In this document: positions 30,014-39,496 of the stretch, piece after piece | Numbering within the stretch: position 1 is the stretch's first letter | Layout of the letters: each line of letters starts with the position of its first letter | From: Candidatus Eiseniibacteriota bacterium | Lineage (GTDB): Bacteria > Eisenbacteria > RBG-16-71-46 > CAIMUX01 > VGJL01 | Assembly: GCA_041946735.1 (NCBI GenBank) | Contig: JBHGAY010000025.1 | Coordinates: 1-64,000, forward strand | Length of the DNA stretch: 64,000 nucleotides | Direction of reading: 5' to 3' | Notes under the pieces: generated by a model | The model's input: only the letters and a program-made list of their open reading frames with translations | Told to the model about the DNA's origin: nothing | The model's database searches: none | Translations under genes and position numbers: made by a program

Positions 30014-31468
30014 TCAGGCCGGCCGGCGCTTGCGCGACAGGGCGCGCCTGCGCCGTTCCGCGAGGTCCGCGAGGCTCGGCTCGTCGAGGAGCCCCCGGTC
30101 GGGCCAGACCGCGCACAGCCAGGCGCTGGCCGCGAGGTGCACCCAGCGGTGCTGCGAGCGGGCAGCCTGGAACGCGTCGCACTGCGCCTGATGGAAGAGC
30201 GGCCCGAGTCCCTCCAGGCCATGCAGAAACGCGAGCCGGTGATCGAGGATCGGCATCAGAGCGGAAAGGCCGGCCGGCTGCGCGCTGGCCGACGCGACGC
30301 ACGCGAGGGCACCCTCCGCCTGCCAGCCCTCCAGGGTCGCTCCCAACTCGTCGGCCGAGACGCGCGACGCCCGCAGTCCCTCCTCGAGGAGGCGCACCCC
30401 GGCGTCGACGTCGGCCGGTCCGAGAGCCGCGAACTCCGGGCTCCGACCGGCGATCAGGGTCGCGAGCACCTTCTGCCCGAGCGAACCGAGCCGCAGCATC
30501 CCGCGCAGGCCGTGCGTCGCGACGACGATCTGCGCCGCCGCAGGGACGGGACGGCCCGACGTGCTCGCCCCGAGGAACAAGAGGGCCGTCGCGAGCGAGA
30601 TCGCCTCCCAGACGTCCTCCAGGGCCCATCCGGAGGAGAGCAGACGCGAGGCGATCGTCGTCCTCTCCTCCGCGCCCGCTCGTCCCCAGCGAATCGCCTG
30701 GTCCCAGACCGCCGCCGGGTCGTCGTCCCCTTTGCCTCGCTCGCCGGGCAAACGGCGCCGCGCGCGCTCGTGCAACCCTTCCGCAGCGATCCGGTCGCGG
30801 ATCGCCTCGAATGCGTTGGTGCGCGAGGAGGGCATCGCCTGGTGGCGCACGACGGGACGCAGCAGCACTTCGGCGTGCGGCCAGCCGAGCGCTTGCAGAA
30901 AGAGGAACACCTCGACCGCTCCCGCCAGGCGGAAGCTCGAGACGCAGGCCCCTTCGAGGCCGCTCGTCCAGAGCAGGTCGGCCATCTCGTCGGGGCTCAC
31001 GTTCTTCAGCAGCCAGGCCAGGAGATGGTCGGCCGGATCGGTGTCGCCGAAGCGGACCGCTTCGAGATAGGTGAAGAGGATCTCTTCCCGGCTTCCTTCG
31101 GCATGAGGGGGGTAGGCGAGCAGGCGCGTCGGACCGAAGGCGGGATCGTGGATCTCCGCGTGGACGCGACGACACGCGGCGATCAACGGGTACGGGCGCA
31201 GATCGGAGGGAAGGCGGGATCCCAGCTCCCGATGGGCTCGCAGGCAATAGAGGCCGCGGGGCGCCCGCCCGGAACCGAGCCCTTCGTAGCGCGTGGAGCG
31301 GGCCGCGGCGCGCGCGGCCGCCAGGTAGAGGTCGTCCTCGTCGGTCTTGCGCGCGAGGCGGCGGCAGATCTCGGCGGTGAGGTTCTCGGGGCTCGCCTCC
31401 TCGAGGATGCGCACCAGCGGCTCCGCGTCCCCGAACTCGAGCGGACGCTGCCAGTCCCGCCCGTTCAT
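30014..31468 (-). CDS. Hypothetical all-helical protein
   Basis: Long ORF with protein-like composition; AGAGCGAGGG RBS before ATG 31468. Confidence 0.7.
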   Translation of the reverse strand: MNGRDWQRPLEFGDAEPLVRILEEASPENLTAEICRRLARKTDEDDLYLAAARAAARSTRYEGLGSGRAPRGLYCLRAHRELGSRLPSDLRPYPLIAACRRVHAEIHDPAFGPTRLLAYPPHAEGSREEILFTYLEAVRFGDTDPADHLLAWLLKNVSPDEMADLLWTSGLEGACVSSFRLAGAVEVFLFLQALGWPHAEVLLRPVVRHQAMPSSRTNAFEAIRDRIAAEGLHERARRRLPGERGKGDDDPAAVWDQAIRWGRAGAEERTTIASRLLSSGWALEDVWEAISLATALLFLGASTSGRPVPAAAQIVVATHGLRGMLRLGSLGQKVLATLIAGRSPEFAALGPADVDAGVRLLEEGLRASRVSADELGATLEGWQAEGALACVASASAQPAGLSALMPILDHRLAFLHGLEGLGPLFHQAQCDAFQAARSQHRWVHLAASAWLCAVWPDRGLLDEPSLADLAERRRRALSRKRRPA

Positions 31469-31720
31469 CGTCCCTCGCTCTCGATCTGCCGTCCGGGATC
31501 GAACGCCCCGTGCCAGTCCGCCGATTTCGCCACCGCGCCCCCCTTCACGCCGAAGTCGCGGCGACGCTAGCAGAGCGCCGGGGCGTTCGCAAGGCGGGGG
31601 CGACGGCGACGAAGCGGACCGCGGAGCGGGCGGCGACCGAAGCGGACGGCGAAGCGAGGCGGGCGAGGGCGCACCACGACGCGGAAGCCGAATTCCGATC
31701 GGCACGGTATTTCGCCCGTC

Positions 31721-31763
31721 TTTGAGCGGGCGCAAAGAAGATCCGTTGCGCCTTCCGTAGTCT
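31721..31763 (+). promoter_or_regulatory. Crp/Fnr-family box (TTGA-N6-GCAA) plus -10 element upstream of ric
   Basis: TTTGAGCGGGCGCAAA at 31721-31736; TAGTCT at 31758-31763 places the box centre at about -41.5. Confidence 0.6.
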
Positions 31764-31812
31764 GACGAGTGGATGGGAATGGAATCAGGCCGACAAAGGG
31801 AGGCTTTCAGGC

Positions 31813-32556
31813 GTGTCGAACGATGCTTTCTTCTTCGATGTTTCCGATACGGTAGGCGCCGTCGTGGGGCGCCAGCCGGCGCTTTCGCGTGTCTTCGAGC
31901 GCGCGGGAATCGACTATTGCTGCGGTGGCAAGAAGACGCTGGAGCGCGCGTGCCAGGAGAAGGGGCTCGACGCCACGACCCTTCTCGAGTCGCTTCGCCG
32001 TGAGGCCGACGCCCTCTCTGGCGGTCAGGCGCATCGGGGAGTCGCCTCGCTCTCCCTCTCGGACCTCGCCGACCACATCGAGAGCACGCACCACGAGTAC
32101 CTGCGCTCCGAACTACCCCGGCTCTCGGCGATGACGCAGAAGGTCGCGTCGGTCCATGGCGACCGCGACGCGCGACTCGCCCTCGTCCGCGACACGTTCC
32201 TCGAGATGGCGAGCGAGCTCGAGACGCACATGATGAAGGAGGAGCGGATCCTCTTCCCCATGATCCGCGAGTGTGACGCGAGCGAGGGCCCGATGGCGTT
32301 CCATTGCGGCTCGCTGGCGAACCCGATCCGTCAGATGGAGGCGGAGCACGACGGCGCCGGCTCCGGGCTCGAGCGCCTTCGCGAGCTGACCGATGGATAT
32401 GCGCCGCCCGAGTGGGCGTGCAATACCTACCGCGCGATGCTCGACGGCCTGACCCGCATCGAGGACGACCTGCACGAGCACATCAGCAAGGAGAACAACA
32501 TCCTCTTCCCGCGCGCGATCGAGATGGAGCAGACGAAAGCGCAGCGGGAACCCTGA
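31813..32556 (+). CDS. ric: Iron-sulfur cluster repair di-iron protein
   Basis: 'GIDYCCGG', 'HIESTHHEYLR', 'HMMKEERILFP', 'EAEHD', 'HEHISKENNILFP'. Confidence 0.96.
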   Translation: MSNDAFFFDVSDTVGAVVGRQPALSRVFERAGIDYCCGGKKTLERACQEKGLDATTLLESLRREADALSGGQAHRGVASLSLSDLADHIESTHHEYLRSELPRLSAMTQKVASVHGDRDARLALVRDTFLEMASELETHMMKEERILFPMIRECDASEGPMAFHCGSLANPIRQMEAEHDGAGSGLERLRELTDGYAPPEWACNTYRAMLDGLTRIEDDLHEHISKENNILFPRAIEMEQTKAQREP

Positions 32557-32679
32557 CAGACGGCCGGGCTGCCGAGCTGCTAGGCTTCGCCGCGGGACGA
32601 CACCGGGGAGCCGGCCCGCGGCGGCTGAGCTCTTGGATTGGGCGATGTTCTCTCGGACGATCGGGCGGGCTTCCGCTGT

Positions 32680-32896
32680 CTATCGGAACAGCATCTTCAC
32701 TTGCCCCCAGGTCCGTTTCGCTACCGACACGGGCTCACTGCCCTCAACGGCGATATCGACTCGCACGGTGTCGTAAACGAAGGAAATCGGATCGACCGCG
32801 CAGTCCACAACGTCTCCGGCCTGCACTAGGAAAGCGCTCGCGAACTCAGCGTGATCCCCGAGGCCGTCAAGCAATTGCGGGAACTCGTGCGCTCAT
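32680..32896 (-). pseudogene. Remnant of a secreted protein: start plus C-terminus with TWG motif, internally deleted or frameshifted
   Basis: AAGGAGG RBS + ATG 32896 (MSARVPAIA*), then in another frame '...VQAGDVVDCAVDP...EPVSVAKRTWGQVKMLFR*'. Confidence 0.6.
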
Positions 32897-33252
32897 GGGG
32901 CGACCTCCTTTTTTGCAGGACCACGCGCACACTCTACGGTCGGCGCCATACGTGCTCTTCTCGTTCGGCCGACGATTCTATCACATGCCTGGAGACTTCG
33001 GCGGCTAAGGGCGGCTCGCACGTTCATCGAGAAGACCCGCGGCGGGCTGCGAAGACGCAGTCAGTACATGCAGTCCCCTTGACGTACCACGTGCCGCTCA
33101 CGCAACGAACGAAAGACAGAGCGCAGGCAGAGCTGCCCCCTCGAGGACCCTGAGCCCTGGACGGCTTGACAGGAATCAGCGGAAGCCGAGTGAAGTGCTG
33201 GGCAACGCGGGCGACGGGACTGGGGCTGATAGCCGGCCGCTTGCCATGGGGC

Positions 33253-33287
33253 AAACGAAGAACCCGGCCGGGAGGACCGACCGGGCT
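33253..33287 (-). terminator. Probable intrinsic terminator of tRNA-Gln
   Basis: AGCCCGGTCGG-TCCTC-CCGGCCGGGTT followed by CTTCGTTT. Confidence 0.65.
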
Positions 33288-33314
33288 AACTTCTTCTATC
33301 GTCTCCATTTATGC

Positions 33315-33388
33315 TGGCTGGGGAGCAGGGACTCGAACCCCGGTTCCATGATCCAGAGTCATGTGTCCTACCACTGGACGACTCCCCA
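33315..33388 (-). tRNA. tRNA-Gln (anticodon CUG), CCA encoded
   Basis: TGGGGAGTCGTCCAGTGGTAGGACACATGACTCTGGATCATGGAACCGGGGTTCGAGTCCCTGCTCCCCAGCCA. Confidence 0.96.
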
Positions 33389-33574
33389 GCGGATCACGCC
33401 TTCGAGTTTTGGATTCTATCGGCCGATCTGCGTTCTCCTCAACTCAAAAATGCCTCGATCTTCCCTGGCCTGCTTTCGGCCTTCTCCTGCAGCCTCCAAT
33501 CGCTGCGGCAACCGCCACGCGGCCGCAGCCGGCCACGCGTCCTAGCCGCCTCGCGTCTAGCCGCGCCGGTCCTG

Positions 33575-36500
33575 TCACCTCAGCAACACCAGCTTCTCCG
33601 TGCGGCTCGCGCTGCCCCCCTGCAGTCGGATCAAGTACACGCCCGAGCCGACGTCGCGGCCCTGGTCGTCTCGTCCGTCCCATACCTCTTCAGCCGCTCC
33701 GCCGGCGAACGAGCCCTGCCGAAGGATGCGCACGCGCCGTCCCTGCAGGTCGATGATCTCGAGCCGGAGCGAAGAGGCGCCCGGAGACTCGAAGCGGATT
33801 GCCGTCCTCGGATTGAAGGGATTCGGGATCGCGCCGATCAGCCGAAGCTCGAGCGCGCGAACGTTCACGTCGATCGTCGGACTGACCAGGATCTCGCGGT
33901 CGAAGCCGTCGAGACCGACGATGCGGTAGCTCTGCCGGCCCGGAGCGGCGGGATCGCGATACGAGTAGCTGCCATCCGATCCGAAGTCGCTCGCGACGCC
34001 CGAGGCGCGAAGCTCCCAGCCGCCCATCGCATCGCGGCGCTCGATCCGGAAGACCTCGACCGGCTCCTGGGTGCTCCAGATCAGCAGCGCCGCGCCTGCC
34101 TCTCCGGACGCCTCGGCCGCCAGCGTCCGGACCGGAGTGATCACCGCCGCGTCCTGCCTTCCCGTGTTGCGCGCGTCGTGGCGGAACGAGGGCCAGGGAT
34201 TGGCCGCCATGGCCGCCGCCAGATCGGCCGGGAAGTTCACGTTGTCGATATCGAGGATCGTCACCGCAGGCTGCTGCTCGGCCTGGATCAGGAGATTCGG
34301 GTGGCCGTCCCGGTCGACGTCCCAGGCGGCGAGCCCATGCTGGATGCGCCCGCCCGTGAAATACGGGAAGCCGATCATCATCGTGCCGTCGCCGTCCAGG
34401 GCGTAGACGACTCCTCCGTTGTCGCCGACGACGATCTCCGCCGCCAGGTCCGAATCGAGGTTCATCAGAATCGGAGAGCCGATCTTCGTGCTCGTGACAG
34501 GGGCTACCCGGACCGGGAACCCGGGGAGAACCGTCCCCTCCGTCGCGTCGATCGCGGTCACGCGCCCTTGCCCGACGCCGAGCGCGACGTCGAGGTCTCC
34601 GTCGCCGTCGATGTCCCCAAGAGCCGGCGTGGTCTCCGGCCATCGAGTCGGAAGCTGGTCGATCGGACGCTTGGGGAACTTCGCGATCAGCTGCTTCGAG
34701 CCCGGCTCATAGCCGAATCCCCAGAGATAGTTGCGCGTCGCCAGGTAGATGTCGTACTGCAGGTCGTTGTCGACGTCGGCGATCGAGACCGAGCTGTTTT
34801 GCGCCTTGAAGTCCCCGACGAGGCCGCTCTCGAGCTGCTGGCTCGCTAGGACCGAGCCGTCGCCGTCGATGACATAGATGGCGGACGGACTCCCGGTCAT
34901 ATTCCGCTCGAGGCCGAGCACGATCTCTTCCCTGTCGTCTCCGTCCAGGTCGGCCACGGCCGGCGTCCCATAGGTCAGGGGCCAATCGTTCGGACCGGGC
35001 CACGTGCCCGGATCGGACGGGTTCCCGCTTCCGAGATAGACGAGCTTGCCGTCGCTATTGCTGCTCTTCACCGGCGTTCCGTCGTGATTCCACGCGAAGA
35101 TGCATCCGCGGCTGTTCAAGACGATCTCGAACTGCGGATCGGAGTCGATGTTCGCGATCACCGGCGAGGAGAGCATGTAGTTGCTGTACCCGGCGGCCTT
35201 CGACCACAACAACGTCCCGTCGTTGCGCCAGACGCGGATCTGCGCCGTCCCATGACCGCTGTCGTCGTAGCGCGAGACCGCGACGATCTCCATATTGCCG
35301 TCCCTGTCGATGTCCGCCACCGCCGGCTTGTTCCAGTAGGCGGGCACGCCCGGGGCCCAGATGCCGGGAGTAGAGACGACGTGATCGCCGTCCATCACCT
35401 CGAGACCATCCGCCTTCATCGCATAGACCGTCTGCCCCGCGATCACCACTTCGAACGGGTTCCGCTCCCCTTCGCGGATCAAGTTCTCGACGGTCGGGCA
35501 GCCGAGCTGCGGCTCGACGATCGTGAAAGGCCACCCGGACAGCATGCCCGGGCTCGTCGTGGCTGCGACGACGTTCGAGAAGGCGCTCTGATTGCCGGAC
35601 GAATCGACCGCCGCCACGCGGTAGTAGTAGCGCGAGAGGCCTGCCAGGCCGCCGTCGCGGTAGTACTCCATCCCGCGGACCAGGCCGGGCTGCGCCCTCT
35701 CGAAGTGGACCTGATCCTGCGAGCGTTCGAGCGCGTAGCCGTCCACGTCGCCTCCGGACGACTTGGTCCAGGTGAGCACGATCGCGTCCTTCGTCGCCTT
35801 CGGCTGCGCGGTGTCCGGGAAGCTCGGGGCCGATGGCGAGACGAAATCGACGGTCTTCGACAGGAACACGAAGGCGTCGTCCCGCTTCGAGCGCACCTCG
35901 AGCTTCATCTTCAGGATCGCCGCGTTCTGCACCTCGAACTGGAACGGAGGATTCGCGGTGACGAGGTCCCCCGCCTCGCCGTCGTCGACCGAGGAGGTGT
36001 CGTATCCGGCAACGATCGTCCCGCCCTGCACCGGCGTCAGAATCGCGCGCAGATCCCCCACGCTCCCGCTTCCGAGATCCCGCAGCACCGGGCGCCAGCT
36101 GATCCGCTCCCCGTTCTCCGGGATGCCGTCGCCGTCGCCGCTCACCTCCGAGCGCACGCTCCCCTCGACCCGGAAGACGGGTCTCAGGACGGGCAGCGCG
36201 AGACGGTAGGTGCGCGCCTGGCCGGCCTGCGGCGTGATCGTGATCCTCGCGACGAGCGGCACGCGGTCGCCGTTCTCGAGGAAGCTCTTCGGTACCGGCG
36301 AGGAGGAGCGGATCCGGAAGGCGGTGACCTGGTCGGTCGTGTTCGCCGCGACCGATCCCACATCCTCCGATGCGTCCTGGACCTCGAAGTACCCCGCCAC
36401 TGATGGCGGCTCCAGCCCGAGGCTGAGGGTCAGAGGACCGGAGGCGCCGTTCCCGCCGTTGGCAAGCGAGACCCTCAAGCCGACCGTTTCCCCCTGATCG

Positions 36501-38779
36501 AAGACGCCGTCGCCGTTGCCCGCCGTCTGTCCTCCGGGCGAATCGTCGATCGCGAGGGCGGTCGCAGCGACCGCCTCGCCCGACGGCTTCTCGACGTTGC
36601 GGGAGAAGGTGCCGGGGATCGACGTGAATCCGGTGGCGGTCACGATGAAGTTGCCGGTCGACGTCGCCTGGAACGGGACGACCGCCTGTCCATTGGCGTT
36701 CGTCGTCGCGATCGCGTAGGTGTCGTTCGGCTTGTACGCGCAGACCTGGACGTCCGGCACCCCCTGTCCGTTCCTGCGGACGTTGATCGTCAAGGAGGAC
36801 TCGCCGAGCGTGTAACTGGTCTGCTGCGCGCTGACCTCGAGAGGCTTCGGCGTTCCGAGCCACATATGGATCTGAGGGTCCCCGAGCAGGATCAGGCTGT
36901 AGCTCAGGAAGCGCCGGTAGCTGTCGAAGCCGGTGTTGCCGGCCATCTGCTCCGCGATCGTGTGATAGTAGGCGTCGCCCAGATATGGCGCCTTGTCGTG
37001 GAAGATCTTTGTGTAGGTCGACTCCATGAAGCCGGTCGCGGCGGCAGGAAAGTCGAGGTTCGTGGAGCCGATGTAGCAGATGACTCCCCCGTTCTCGGCG
37101 AAGAGCAGCGCCTCGGCGACGCAGTCGTAGTCGATCGCCGCGGAGTTGCAGTTGATCGAGTAGAGCACGCCGATCTTGTCGCCGTTCGTGACGGCGCGCG
37201 CATCCGACGTCAGGAGGCGGCCCGCTCCGTCGAAGCCGTCGATCGTCCCGATCGACATGCGGTCTCGATCCCCATGGCCGACGTGGTGGATCAGCCCCAT
37301 CCCTTCGTTGATCTTGTCGATGACCGACGACTTCGTCTCGGGTTGCGCGTTCGGGCGGCCGTTCTGGCGCCAGTACTCATACCACTCGTACAGCTCGACC
37401 TTCTCCAGAGGCGGCACGCGGCCCTCGTCGATCGCCTGGTCGATGATCCCGATCGTCCGGACCGCGTCCCCGGCGCCGTCGAGAGAGACGCAGGTGTCGC
37501 AGCCGCTCCCGCACGCCCCACAGCGGGGAAGGAGCGACCGCTTCCATTCCGCGTCGAAGAGCACCTCGCCGAGGAACAGCACTCGATCGAGATACCCCTG
37601 TGTATTGGGGCTCTTGATGTAGGTGTTGACGTACTTCTGCAGGAACTGCAGGAGCTGCGTCGCGTCGGAGGCCGGGATGCGGCCGACATACAGCTCCGCG
37701 TCGAAGTCGACGTCGTCCCCGATCGGATTCGGCGGATTCGAGCCTCGGACCGGCTCTCCGAAGACCGCGTCGCCGTCGGCATTCCAGTTGCCGTCGAGGC
37801 AGGCGTAGTAGAGGTCGGTGATGATGTCGACACCGGCCGGGACATTCCACGAGTAGGACTTCGCGAGCCGCATCGGAACCTGGGCCGGTCCGCCGGCGAT
37901 CAGCACGTACTGGACTCCCCAGTACTGGTAGGCGGCCTGCAGGAAGTGACGGATCCTCTCCTGGTCATCGACTCCGTTGGGATAGTTCTCCCGGATCCAC
38001 TCGACCGTCCGGATGACGGTCGGAGTGCCGGACTGGTTCTTCCAGTCGGCGAGGAGCTGCACGGAGGGGGCCAGGGCCTCGGTCGTGATGATCAGGTACT
38101 CGACCGGCGCGCTCGACAGCGCCGGGAGATCGCTGACCGCCTCGCGGAGCGCCTGGCTTCTTCCTTCCCCCTGGAAGTCCCGGCGCCAGAGGTCCTCCGC
38201 GCCCGATCGCAGGACCTTCAGTGGACGCGGCGCGGTCGCGTCGCCCTCCAGATGGACGATCAGCCGGCCCGACTCGAGCAGGGACAGCTGTGCCCCCTCC
38301 TCGATGGCGACGACCGGGTAGACGGCGAAGTGGGCGAAGACCTGCCCGCGCCGCATGGAGGTCGACAGGTAGCGGACACGCGAGGCGGGATAGGAGCCGG
38401 AGGCGTACGCGTCGTCCCGCAGGGCGACCTGTCGCGGGCCCCCGTCGGGCGTCGGAGCGTCCTGGAGCGCCGTCGCGAGGATCCCCTGGGCCGGGCGCTC
38501 CGACGTCGAGGCGCCCGCCAGCTCCCAGGAGGCGACCTTCGTGCCGTCAGGGATCGGCACCCGCACCAGATGGGCCGGGAGGTCCGGCTCCCCGGGCTCC
38601 GCCAGATGGAGGAGGGCGTCACTCACGGTGCATTCGATCTCCCCGCTCGCGTCGGAGACGAGGGAGACCTGACCCCAGGACCAACCGAGGAGGACGTCCT
38701 CGGGGTCGGCCGCGCTCGCGGCCGCGGGGACGACCAGGGCAAGGAGCGGGATCAGCCAGAGAGCGTGTCGAGCGCGCAT
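33575..38779 (-). CDS. Large secreted C25 (gingipain-family) cysteine peptidase with Ig/FN3 domains, FG-GAP repeats and FlgD-Ig tail
   Basis: Signal peptide; propeptide 'PGEPDLP'; 'EYLIIT', 'TDLYYACLDG', 'LYVGRIP', catalytic 'GHG' and 'INCN', 'LLGDP'; 'ADIDRDG'/'ADLDGD' repeats; 'PNPFNP...WDGRDDQG..VGSGVY'. Confidence 0.93.
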   Translation of the reverse strand: MRARHALWLIPLLALVVPAAASAADPEDVLLGWSWGQVSLVSDASGEIECTVSDALLHLAEPGEPDLPAHLVRVPIPDGTKVASWELAGASTSERPAQGILATALQDAPTPDGGPRQVALRDDAYASGSYPASRVRYLSTSMRRGQVFAHFAVYPVVAIEEGAQLSLLESGRLIVHLEGDATAPRPLKVLRSGAEDLWRRDFQGEGRSQALREAVSDLPALSSAPVEYLIITTEALAPSVQLLADWKNQSGTPTVIRTVEWIRENYPNGVDDQERIRHFLQAAYQYWGVQYVLIAGGPAQVPMRLAKSYSWNVPAGVDIITDLYYACLDGNWNADGDAVFGEPVRGSNPPNPIGDDVDFDAELYVGRIPASDATQLLQFLQKYVNTYIKSPNTQGYLDRVLFLGEVLFDAEWKRSLLPRCGACGSGCDTCVSLDGAGDAVRTIGIIDQAIDEGRVPPLEKVELYEWYEYWRQNGRPNAQPETKSSVIDKINEGMGLIHHVGHGDRDRMSIGTIDGFDGAGRLLTSDARAVTNGDKIGVLYSINCNSAAIDYDCVAEALLFAENGGVICYIGSTNLDFPAAATGFMESTYTKIFHDKAPYLGDAYYHTIAEQMAGNTGFDSYRRFLSYSLILLGDPQIHMWLGTPKPLEVSAQQTSYTLGESSLTINVRRNGQGVPDVQVCAYKPNDTYAIATTNANGQAVVPFQATSTGNFIVTATGFTSIPGTFSRNVEKPSGEAVAATALAIDDSPGGQTAGNGDGVFDQGETVGLRVSLANGGNGASGPLTLSLGLEPPSVAGYFEVQDASEDVGSVAANTTDQVTAFRIRSSSPVPKSFLENGDRVPLVARITITPQAGQARTYRLALPVLRPVFRVEGSVRSEVSGDGDGIPENGERISWRPVLRDLGSGSVGDLRAILTPVQGGTIVAGYDTSSVDDGEAGDLVTANPPFQFEVQNAAILKMKLEVRSKRDDAFVFLSKTVDFVSPSAPSFPDTAQPKATKDAIVLTWTKSSGGDVDGYALERSQDQVHFERAQPGLVRGMEYYRDGGLAGLSRYYYRVAAVDSSGNQSAFSNVVAATTSPGMLSGWPFTIVEPQLGCPTVENLIREGERNPFEVVIAGQTVYAMKADGLEVMDGDHVVSTPGIWAPGVPAYWNKPAVADIDRDGNMEIVAVSRYDDSGHGTAQIRVWRNDGTLLWSKAAGYSNYMLSSPVIANIDSDPQFEIVLNSRGCIFAWNHDGTPVKSSNSDGKLVYLGSGNPSDPGTWPGPNDWPLTYGTPAVADLDGDDREEIVLGLERNMTGSPSAIYVIDGDGSVLASQQLESGLVGDFKAQNSSVSIADVDNDLQYDIYLATRNYLWGFGYEPGSKQLIAKFPKRPIDQLPTRWPETTPALGDIDGDGDLDVALGVGQGRVTAIDATEGTVLPGFPVRVAPVTSTKIGSPILMNLDSDLAAEIVVGDNGGVVYALDGDGTMMIGFPYFTGGRIQHGLAAWDVDRDGHPNLLIQAEQQPAVTILDIDNVNFPADLAAAMAANPWPSFRHDARNTGRQDAAVITPVRTLAAEASGEAGAALLIWSTQEPVEVFRIERRDAMGGWELRASGVASDFGSDGSYSYRDPAAPGRQSYRIVGLDGFDREILVSPTIDVNVRALELRLIGAIPNPFNPRTAIRFESPGASSLRLEIIDLQGRRVRILRQGSFAGGAAEEVWDGRDDQGRDVGSGVYLIRLQGGSASRTEKLVLLR

Positions 38780-39121
38780 CAGACCTCCTCGATGCCGATC
38801 CGCGACCGCTTCGGCGGGGCGGGCGGCCGGACGGAAACGCCGGAAATGCTGGAAAACCGCGGCCCGTGCGGCGCGGGACCGCGCGAACGGACTCGTGGGA
38901 CCAAAGATGGGCATTTCACTCTGCGGCGGAGTCTAGCGGTGGCCCGATGAGCAGTCAACGCGGCCGGCGCTGGTCGCGCGTCCCCTCGGGGCTCTGCGAG
39001 GTGCATTTTTCGCGGCTTTCGTGAAGAATCCTGTTGCCTGACTCTCGAAATGGGTGCTAGAGAAGGTGCGGCCTCGATCAGACGAGACCGAAGAAACGCG
39101 TACCAAGGAGGGATGGAAGCC

Positions 39122-39409
39122 ATGACCAAGACCCAGCTCGTGGAGGCTTTGACCAAGGAAGCCGGCCTCGACAAGAAGCAGGCGAAGTTGTTCCTGGTCG
39201 GCCTCACGACCGTGGTGGAGAAGACCTTGAAGAAGGGCGGGGACGTTCCCCTCACCGGACTTGGCAAGTTCAAGGTCCTGAACCGCAAGGCCCGGATGGG
39301 TCGCAACCCGCAGACGGGCGAGCAGATCAAGATCCCGGCCAAGAAGGTCGTCAAGTTCACGGTCGCGAAGAACCTCAAGGACACGGTCCTCAAGAAGGGG
39401 GCGAAGTAA
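39122..39409 (+). CDS. hup: HU family DNA-binding protein
   Basis: 'MTKTQLVEAL', 'GLGKF', 'ARMGRNPQTGEQIKIPA'. Confidence 0.97.
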   Translation: MTKTQLVEALTKEAGLDKKQAKLFLVGLTTVVEKTLKKGGDVPLTGLGKFKVLNRKARMGRNPQTGEQIKIPAKKVVKFTVAKNLKDTVLKKGAK

Positions 39410-39444
39410 GCTTCGCTCCTCGCGGACTTCGGTCCTCTGTTCTC

Positions 39445-39475
39445 GGACCCCGGGACGCTCGCCGTCCCGGGGTCC
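39445..39475. terminator. 13-bp stem hairpin between convergent genes
   Basis: GGACCCCGGGACG-CTCGC-CGTCCCGGGGTCC; no U-tract. Confidence 0.55.
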
Positions 39476-39496
39476 TCGTCGTCACGTCGTGGACCG

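Noticed and set aside
32893..32895. A third Sec candidate (TGA in frame upstream of the TWG-motif remnant)
   Set aside because: The sequence upstream in that frame is not protein-like and has no Cys-type context; the RBS/ATG is in another frame.
29827..33388. Integrated element between tRNA-Glu and tRNA-Gln
   Set aside because: No integrase and no duplicated tRNA 3' end (att) found; ric and the hypothetical gene look host-like.
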